In this document: piece by piece, positions 52,344 to 61,351 of the stretch
Layout of the letters: each line of letters begins with the position of its first letter
Position numbering within the stretch: the first letter of the stretch is position 1
NCBI GenBank assembly: GCA_040285855.1
Contig: JAUFOQ010000004.1
Span: forward strand, 868,001 to 932,000
Source: Eukaryota sp. GEM-RC1
Taxonomy: Eukaryota
Direction: 5' to 3'
DNA: 64,000 nt
Notes under the pieces: generated by a model
Told to the model about the DNA's origin: nothing
What the model saw: only the letters and a program-made list of their open reading frames with translations
Databases searched by the model: none
Position numbers and translations under genes: made by a program

Positions 52344-53720
52344 CTACAACAATTCAAGAACAGAATTTTGTTCGAACAAAACCCCAACAAGATGGTAGTT
52401 ATCATTATATAAAGAACTAATTTCTATTGTACAATTAAATCCAGGGTCTGACTCTTTTGTAACAGTTATTGAATTATTCACAAGATTAATTGTGATTTCA
52501 ATGATTTCATTTGGGTTCCAGATTCCATTAGGGGATCCTGCATGAAAGAAGTCATTAACTGCACTGTAGAAACAATGAGCATTTGGCTTCGAGTAAGCAT
52601 CACCACCACAATCAAACTCTTTTCTAGGAACAATTCCAATCATAATTCCATCAAAGAAATGACTGACATACATAGCCCTAACTTTATAGACATTTCCCGT
52701 AAGAAGAGGAGTTTCTGAAATAACATTGGACCATCTAGAATTTGGACCACTGTGAGTAACAGTTTTGCCTCCATTTGAAATATTTAAATATTGATTTTTA
52801 ATATCAGATGACAAAGTAAGAACTGAAGATTCAACAGGTTTTGGACATTCATCTAGTTTTTCAACAATTTCCTTCAATTTACATATTTCCTCATCTTTTT
52901 CCTTAATTAATTCAGTTGCTTCAATTAATTGCTGTTTTAAGGTCAAATTTTCAGAAATTATTGACTCAAAAAATATCGGACGTAATTGTTTAAAGTGAAA
53001 CTTCATCAAAATTTCTTCCAAATTTGAAATATTCTGAAGAGGGTTTAAAAACAGCTCATCCCAGTCTTTAAAAAGTCAACAGGTTAACGTCAACAAGGGT
53101 CAGAATTTCAGATAATTCTTCAGAATTTATAGTTTCTGATTTAACTGAAGCCACAAGTGACTTTAGAAACCATTTGAAAGAACTTGAAGAAGTGCAAAAT
53201 TCAAGTAAACTTTGGAGAAAGACAAATGGGAAGACAAATTCAGATTTTTCACAAATATTTTCAATTTCGGTGAGAAAATCTCCAACAAACTTTAATCCTC
53301 CCAAGTCTTCTTGCTCAACACACTTTGTCAAGAACTTACTGCACCAGTCCCAATTGGTCATTTTTGAAGGAAGAATCTCCAAAAGAGTAGTTTTAAGATG
53401 ATCGCACTGGAAGCAAGTAGCGAGGTAAAAGAAATCATAGACGTTGGAGGAAGAGAGGTCAATGGTGTGACCAAAGAAGGAAGAGATGAAGGCGGAGAAA
53501 GACTCGGATGATATGGGCAAATGAGAGAAGTCCAAAGGGTTCTCGAAGCGATCTCCAAACTCCATAAACCAAAGAGAGAAGAAGTACTGAGAGTTGGAAG
53601 CAAGGACTGACTTAATGACAGAGAAAGACTCACCATTAAAGATAATGGTTTGATCATGGAGACTGGAGTGTTGGACTGGAGTGTAGAGAGAGTGTTGGGA
53701 GAGGTGGATGTGAGTGACAT
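52344..53720 (-). CDS. BTB + coiled-coil + SPRY-like protein (copy 4)
   Basis: Highly similar to copies 1-3. Break at a lengthened homopolymer near 53070. Same out-of-frame ATG (53720). Confidence 0.78.
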
Positions 53721-53799
53721 TGAACTAGAAGGAGAGATTTTGATGTCAGGTATATTTTGCTCTGTCTTGCTCAGAGATTCCGAAAAAATATTTGTTGAG

Positions 53800-54130
53800 G
53801 TCAATAATTGCAAGTAGCAATAATTTATTGTTGATTTTTCACAATAAAAACAATATTTCTTCTTCTACATCGTAATTTCATCGAAAGAAATCTGCGGTGC
53901 TTTCGTTTTCTAGTTGAGCAACAAGATGTTACATCCCAGGAAAGCTCTTACTACTGCCTTAATTTGATTCCTTCTTGCTCTAACGATGCTGAAGGACTGT
54001 TTTCAAGATCAAGATGGCTCAGGAGGAGCGTCCTGCTCTTGGTTCTGTCAAGATATATTTACAATTGATGCTCCATTACAATCAAGATTTGTGGAATGTA
54101 GAAACTGTGATGGAATCATTGAAAATAAGA
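53800..54130 (+). mobile_element. hAT remnant
   Basis: CAATAATT subterminal-like repeats. The degraded translation LIPSCSNDAEGLFS..YNQDLWNVETV resembles the 7332-7721 ORF. Confidence 0.55.
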
Positions 54131-54509
54131 AATTAGGTTATAATTTGTTTGTTGTCTAGGAACCTAAATAAGTTTATGAATGTACTTCTTGAATTGTTAT
54201 AGATTTGTCCTTTAATAACCTTTCATCCCACTATTTCTTCTTCACTCTTTTGATTAAGATCAAGGTCTTTTTAATCAAACTTCACAATCAAGCTTCTACA
54301 CATATTCCGACCTATTTATTATTCCTTCTTTCTAACTATAATTGAAGGATTATGTGTGGAAATGGTTGGATGTGCCAGTTTCGTCTTATAACAAACAGAT
54401 TTTAACGGATGTAGTAAATTTAGCTATTGTCGTCCTTTGCAATCGCCCTCAATTTTGTCATCTTGATTCCAACAATACTGTCTGTATTCATCGACATACA
54501 CATGTGATT

Positions 54510-56996
54510 CTACATTGGACGTCTGCTCGACCTTTTCCATTCGAATATAGCCCTAGATGAGTTTGGAACGAGGTCTTTCAAGTTCAACACCCATCCACTA
54601 TTAACCTTGTTGACCATTTGGCTTGGTGGAGTTTCTGTTTGTTCAACATCAATCTTGTCAGTCAAGGTAATTAAGAGAGACATTTGGGTATAATTCTTAA
54701 TCAATTGATCACAACAATTTTCCAAATCAGAAACAGTAGTTTTATCAGTTTTGATCTCGATTTTCAATATACCAAGGTAATCACCACCTCTGTTATCACT
54801 AATAGCGGTACAGACATCAGCAACACTCGGAAAACTGGATCCGTTTTGACGTTTGATAATTGGAACAAGGAAATCAAACGAAGGATTTGCACCAGGCATC
54901 TGAAACGCGACCCTGTAAACAAGACCAAACAGTAACATTCTTTCAATAGCAAGTGGTTGTCCAGCCTTGATGCGAGTGGAATCGAAAGTACGAAGAGTTA
55001 CAGGTTGTAGAATAGACAAAAACCATTCACTAAGATCTTCTTGTTCAGACAAAGAATCATCCCCAAAGTCGGGATGGTACTGAAAGACATGATGAAGAAC
55101 TGCATGGGTCTTGTAGTTCATCTTGTTCAATAGTGGAAACTAAATCGTGGCGGTCACACTTCTTTGAAAAAACGTCATGTAAAGAACAGAATTGCAGGTT
55201 TCTTTCTTCACTAGATACTGGTGACGATATACATTTCTGCACAACAAAATTGAAAATAAGTTCCAGTCGTTCACCTAAGAGATTGACATCCAAACCAATG
55301 TCAAGGATAACTCCACTAAACTCGCTGATATTCCTGTCCAGATCAAAGATTGTCAAACTTACTACTCTTTTCCATAGTGATGACGCCAATGTTGGGTCGA
55401 CAGGGAAGCTGCAAAACTGATGGAAACTACCAGATAGTATTGACTGCTGTAACACGGGGAATGAGAACTTGATCAAGAGGGACACAATCTGGCTTGAAAG
55501 AGATGAACCAAATAAACAGAGAGTTAGTACACATGTTTTGAGGAGGGAAAACTCTCCTTCAACACACTCTTTCAGACATAAGTCAATCTTATGGTCAATA
55601 GCGGCATAAAAGTCGGTTGAGAGTCCATCCTTCGTTATGCATCGTTTTGCAATAGACAACCAGCAAGGACGTCGGGACAGTGCATTTCTGTAACTTAACA
55701 AAGGGGAAATATATCTTTCGTAGAAATTTACAGAGCTATCATCACCCAGCAAAGCTCGGATATCTAATTGCTGATATACATTTACAAATGAGCGAATGGG
55801 TTTTGCGGATTGCAACCGCAGGATGTTGAATTTGGGTGCTGGAAATAGGATGTAACTAGAAACAATAACAGGATAAGGAACTTGAGAATGAAGATCAGGA
55901 TGAGTTCCTGCCACGACAACAAGAAGTCTACAGTTCTGATCCTTTAATCTTATGTGTAGGTTTCGAGCAGCGTACCGTAAGCACCGGTATAGATTCCATG
56001 AATGGACTCCAATATCAGGAAAGACAGTCAGATCTCCAGAATTGAGGAAGTGATCAACAGGATCATATGACAAGAGTGTTCCTGCTTCATCAAGGCAATC
56101 AACAAATCTTTTGGTTCCCTTCTGAACACGTGAGAGTAGTTCCTGAGTCAGTTTATCAGTAAAGTTTTGCAAGTTTTCGATACCTTTAAAAGCAGTGTAT
56201 AAGTCTTCGGCTTTCTGTACCCAATTGTCATGGAAACGTTGCCAATCAATGGATGACTGAAGATTCGTCGGAACCTCATCAACTAAGAGCAACGCTACCA
56301 CAAGACATTGCATTTTTCTAACAACCAGCTCAAGCCGTTGCTCTCTCAAATGAAGCGGGATTGTAGTAGATGACGTACATCTTGTAAAGAACTGAAGCAC
56401 ATCATAAGAACTCGGGGGAATTGAGAGCATTTCTGATCTGCTAGAAGCAGAATACCGTGGAGAGCTAGCATACCTACAACGCAGATCACAGACGACCATA
56501 TTTGTAGAACTGTTTGTATACTCCTGCAACAATCTGCTTTTTCCTAACCCTGTGGAGTTGATGATTGGAAAAACTGGAGAGTGGTATTGCTCCATAAGCT
56601 TGCGGTTGTGCAGGAGAGAGTCGACTGACTTCTTTAGTAAACGCAGCCAAGATGTCGGTAGAGCCATAAGGATAGGATATAAGTGGATCTAAACTTTGTT
56701 GAACTACGGTAGGACCAGGCTTGTGGATGTGGATGGTGAAGACCTGGTTGTGTTCAATATCAACAAACTGGACTTGAATATCATCCTCAAGGACGTCTAC
56801 TTCAACAGAGACGTCAGTTGGAGCGTCTATATACGTTTGATATTCATGTGAAGTCATCAAGAATAAGGTCATCTCTGGCATCTTGTCCTTTTCCAGTGGA
56901 ATTCAATAGAAATGTGACACCCTTAAAAGTATCGACAAAGTGCTGCCATTCACTGACACAGTGGATAGTGTAATGGGCACTCGGCGCAGATGACAT
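54510..56996 (-). CDS. P-loop NTPase + PD-(D/E)XK-like nuclease, Crinkler/RHS-type architecture (frameshifted)
   Basis: Walker A-like NSTGLGKSRL, Walker B-like FVDCLDEAG, and C-terminal FDFLVP...ILKIEIK. About three frame breaks link an ATG at 56996 with ORFs 56486-56881, 55057-56667 and 54510-55130. Confidence 0.6.
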
Positions 56997-58139
56997 AGTA
57001 AAAGAAGATGTGGTGCGTCTGCTTAGTTCTCATTTGATTTACGCTGTACACACTCTACAGTACAGGCTACTCTAACTGTAATGTCATTTACTGTGGAGTC
57101 TGGGATTCAAACACTGAAATGTATAACTTACTTGACAATAGATTCGGGCCAAATTTGGGTTAGACTATACTTGGACTTAAGACATTTGAGACCTTGGACC
57201 AGTTCTTTCAAGGCATATTTGTTCATAGTTCAACAAAGCAAACTAATGTACTTATCTTCCAAAAAAACTCTTGTACTAGTAATTCGTAACTCGTACTGTT
57301 TCCCGGTTTGTCGGTACTTAATCGTTTTTGATTGAGGATTCAATTTTCATAAACGTCATCTTTAATTGTTGAAATCATGGTTATAACTTGGTAAAAATAT
57401 TACATGCAGTGAGGGTGTTTTCGACACCTCTGACAATTCTGAACATTTTATCAGAAGTTTGCTTCTTCCAAATTGAAAGTGCCAATTGAAGTTTGTTCTC
57501 GAATCACTAGATAATTCATAACAAAATCTTGTAAAGCGAACTACTTTTGAATCAGAGTTTTTCGAATAATTTGACCACCTAGCCAGCTTCTTCCTGACAA
57601 AAGGAGCTACATTAGGAATAGCACATCCTTATGAACAATGAACCCATACAACATTACTATGAGTACCAATGGTAACAAGGTCCTAGCACTCCGAACTCCT
57701 TGCCATCCTCTAGTACTGTTAATTATCGAGTCTCATCCTTTGTAACCAATAAGACTACCCGTGATTTGTCCTTTAGACTAATATATCAATTTTCGGTCAC
57801 AGAATTTCTGTAGTACTAGCAGTAGTAGATAAAGCCGATTGTAAATTGAGGACAATCATAGGACCAATGTGCCCAGTCAAGAAATTCAAGACTTCAAAGA
57901 TCGACTTGAATCAAATTGCAACCCTACTGATAACGATTTAATACTGTAACTGTAACCATTATCACATACACATGATAAGCTCACAAAGTGTTGCTACAAT
58001 TCGTACCTCAAAACCTTGGTAAAACTGAATGATATTGATGTCCAAAACTTCTAAACAATACCTCAACAAAAACGAACATAATGTGTGCTAAGTGTACTAG
58101 AAAGAGAAGCTATAACACTTCACGAAATGTACTTTGATA

Positions 58140-58935
58140 GACCAAACACCCAACAAGATGGTTGTTATCATTATCTAAAGAACTAATGTCTCTTGTACAA
58201 TTAAATCCAGGTCTGACTATTCTGTAACAATAATTCCATTATTCACAAGGTTAATTGTGATTTCAATGATTTCATTTGGGATGCAATTTCAATTAGCGAA
58301 TTTTGAAGGGATATTGCAGGTATTGGTAAAACGTTGGTCCTCGGTTATCTTGTCAGGAAATTATCATGGATTTCACAACTGCTGATCCTTGTAATTCAAG
58401 ATCAATTTCCAAAAATTTTGATGATGATTTTTCTGCTCTTCCAGTGACTGAAAAAGGTAATAATACAAAGTACGGCCACTTAATAAACCAATTGAATGTT
58501 GACAGGTACAATTCTTTTGTGTTTCATCCTTTTGCGATGTCGATATACGGTATTATTGGACCAGCTGCACAAGGTTGTTTAACTTCTATTGGTAAACTGT
58601 GTCCTGGGTACGGTAAAGTTTGCAGTGAAAATTTTTGGTTGAGTAGGTTAACGTTTGCGTTGTTTCGTTCAATGCACAGATATTCTACTTCCATTGTCGG
58701 TGAGTTGTTCGGTGATGGACAGAAGGATCATAGTTTAGATACTTTAGTTAGTGTCTGTTAGTTATTAACTTCTGCAAAATGCATTTATTTCACTGATTGA
58801 TCATAAACCCCGCTTGTTGGTAAAACTACTAAAGCCATGGGCATTTAGCTTTGAGAAAAAACCACATCTATCACCAAACTCTTTTCTAGGATTTGTTTAA
58901 AGTGAAACTTCATCAAAACCTGTTCCTAATTTGAA
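58140..58935 (-). pseudogene. Relic fifth BTB-SPRY copy, internally deleted and interrupted by a retrotransposon
   Basis: The reverse complement gives LMKFHFKQ and PRKEF..NAHGF (58825-58935), and NEIIEITINLVNN..ISSLDNDN.HLVG (58140-58285). Confidence 0.75.
58333..58816 (+). mobile_element. 5'-truncated REL-endonuclease (CRE-like) non-LTR retrotransposon
   Basis: TSD TTGGTAAAAC (58323-58332, 58817-58826). The ORF DFTTADPC..TKYGH..FHPFAMSIYG..FALFRSMHR is homologous to 35452-35994. Confidence 0.85.
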
Positions 58936-59174
58936 CCTGAAGAAATTACATGCAAATAAGAAAGAAATAAGAAACATAACATACAATTTAGTTTACCAAC
59001 CCTCTGAACAATAAAAGTTGATATAGATGAACAACAGTAACCAATCAAAACTATATTGTAGAAGAACAAAATTGTGGATCATGGGAGTCTGTATTTAGTC
59101 TGTCCGATGTGAATTTCGTTTTGCATTCATAATGAAAATTGTGAGCAAGATTACATTGTCTCTTGTCCTAGTCC

Positions 59175-60989
59175 ATGAATTTGGATTCTACATCCTCATT
59201 TACTCAGCCTAAATCTCACCCTGAAGACGTGACTGGAAAACTTACGCCTGACAAGGAAAGCTCTATGTTGAAGGAGTGTTGTGATCAAATCATTCAAAAT
59301 GTTGTTACTAGTATCAATCTATGTCATCACTCCATTGGACCTGTAGATGCTACAGCAATTGCGGAGGCTTTAAAGGTGAATTCCTCTGTCACTGAGATCA
59401 ATCTTAGTTCCAACTCCATTGGAAATGAGGGTGCTATAGCAATTGCTGAAGCTCTCAAAGTGAATTCCTCTGTTACTGAGATTGGTCTCAGTTCTAACTC
59501 CATTGGAAATGAAGGTGCTATAGCAATTGCTGAAGCTCTCAAAGTGAATTCCTCTGTTAGTTTGATTGACCTTATGGACAACTCCATGGGGTATGAAGGT
59601 GTCCTAGCACTTGCAGAAGCCTTAAAAGTCAATTCCTCTGTTACTGAGATTACTTTGTGTTCCAACTCCATTGGCCCTGAAGGTGCTCTTGCCATTGGAG
59701 AGGCTTTGAAGGTGAATTCGTCTATCTCTTCCATATATCTGAATGATAACTCTATTGGAAATGTTGGAGCTACCGCAATTGGAGAGGCTTTGAAGGTGAA
59801 TTCGTCTGTTTCTTTCATCAATTTAAGTTCCAACTCTATTGGACCTGAAGGCGCTAAAGCAATTGGAGAGGGTTTAAAGGTTAATTCCTCTGTATCCACT
59901 ATATTTCTGTACAACAACTCTATTGAGAATGAAGGCGCTATCGCAATTGGAGATGTGTTACGTGTGAATGCGTATGTTTCTCATTTCAATCTAAGTTCCA
60001 ATTCTATTGGAGCTGAAGGCGCTATCGCAATTGGAGATGGTTTAAAGGTTAATTCGTCTGTTTCGACGATGTATCTTCACAACAATAATATTGGAAATAC
60101 AGGTGCTGTTGCAATTGGACATGCATTAAAGGAAAATTCGTGGATTTCGACGTTGAATCTAAGTTCCAACTCTATTGCAAATGAAGGTGCTATAGCAATT
60201 AGAGATGCATTAAAGGAAAATTCGTCTGTATTTACGATAGAACTGAATGGCAATTGTATTGCAAATGAAGGTGCTATTGCGATTGGCGATGCATTAAAAG
60301 TAAATTCGTCAGTGATCACGGTCAATCTAAGTTCCAACTCTATTGGAAATGAAGGTGCTTTAGTAATTGGTGAGGCTTTAAAGGTGAATTCCTCTGTTTC
60401 GATGTTAAATCTAAGTTCCAACTCTATTGGACCTGAAGGTGCTATCGCAATTGGAGACGGTTTAAATTCAAATTCAACAGTTTCTACGATCAGTCTAAAT
60501 GATAACTCGATTGGACCTGAAGGTGCTGCAGTAATTGCAGATTCTCTCAAGGTTAATTCGTCTGTTTCTACGATCAATTTAAGTTCAAACTCTATTGGAC
60601 CTGAAGGCGCCATAGCACTTGCAGAAGCTTTGAAGGTCAATTCGTCAGTTTCTAAAATTTATCTTTATGACAATGCCATCGGATCTGAAGGTGCCATAGC
60701 ACTTGCAGAAGCTTTGAAGGTCAATTCCACAGTTTCGGAAATTGTTCTTAGTTCAAACTCCATTGGACCTGAAGGCGCCATAGCACTTGCAGAAGCTTTG
60801 AAGGTGAATTCGACATTATCTACGATGTATCTAAATTGTAATTCCATTGGGAATGCAGGAGCTATTACAATTGCAGAGTCTTTAAAGAGGAATTCATCTG
60901 TTATTCAGATAAACCTAAGTGGCAATTCCATTGACAGTCAAACACAGAAGTTACTTCGGTCATTACACCACACTAGAATTTATTTTTAG
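59175..60989 (+). CDS. RNI/NLRC3-type LRR protein with about 19-20 tandem 28-aa repeats
   Basis: Intact 604-aa ORF of repeats NSIGxEGAxAIxEALKVNSSVxxIxL. Confidence 0.93.
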   Translation: MNLDSTSSFTQPKSHPEDVTGKLTPDKESSMLKECCDQIIQNVVTSINLCHHSIGPVDATAIAEALKVNSSVTEINLSSNSIGNEGAIAIAEALKVNSSVTEIGLSSNSIGNEGAIAIAEALKVNSSVSLIDLMDNSMGYEGVLALAEALKVNSSVTEITLCSNSIGPEGALAIGEALKVNSSISSIYLNDNSIGNVGATAIGEALKVNSSVSFINLSSNSIGPEGAKAIGEGLKVNSSVSTIFLYNNSIENEGAIAIGDVLRVNAYVSHFNLSSNSIGAEGAIAIGDGLKVNSSVSTMYLHNNNIGNTGAVAIGHALKENSWISTLNLSSNSIANEGAIAIRDALKENSSVFTIELNGNCIANEGAIAIGDALKVNSSVITVNLSSNSIGNEGALVIGEALKVNSSVSMLNLSSNSIGPEGAIAIGDGLNSNSTVSTISLNDNSIGPEGAAVIADSLKVNSSVSTINLSSNSIGPEGAIALAEALKVNSSVSKIYLYDNAIGSEGAIALAEALKVNSTVSEIVLSSNSIGPEGAIALAEALKVNSTLSTMYLNCNSIGNAGAITIAESLKRNSSVIQINLSGNSIDSQTQKLLRSLHHTRIYF

Positions 60990-61351
60990 ATTCAGTTTTT
61001 CCTTGAAGAGTTTATAAACGATAATGTTAATTTGAGCCAATGTTAGTTAAAGGCCTATTCCACTGTAGTTCACTCCAGATTTCACAGTGAGTAATTGATT
61101 GAAAAGAGTAACATAAACACAATGAATCATGCCTTCTAATTACCTTGTCTGTATTGTATTTAGGGTTGTCTCTGTGGCAGACATCGATGAATTGAGTCTT
61201 TTAGGAGGGTTGTGTTGGAGAGGGTACTTTCTGATACTACTATCCATGATGTGAACCTGGATATGAGATCTTAAATACTACACTGGATATCTCAAAGAAA
61301 TAGAAATAAACGTACACAGAAGATTTTACATATACAATAAAAAGAATCAAC

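Noticed and set aside
9733..53720. Diversity-generating retroelement behind SPRY variability
   Set aside because: No reverse transcriptase or template/variable repeat pair is visible, and the differences include indels and are not obviously adenine-restricted.
59327..60847. Long antisense ORFs over the LRR gene
   Set aside because: Shadow frames of the repetitive sense-strand LRR coding sequence.
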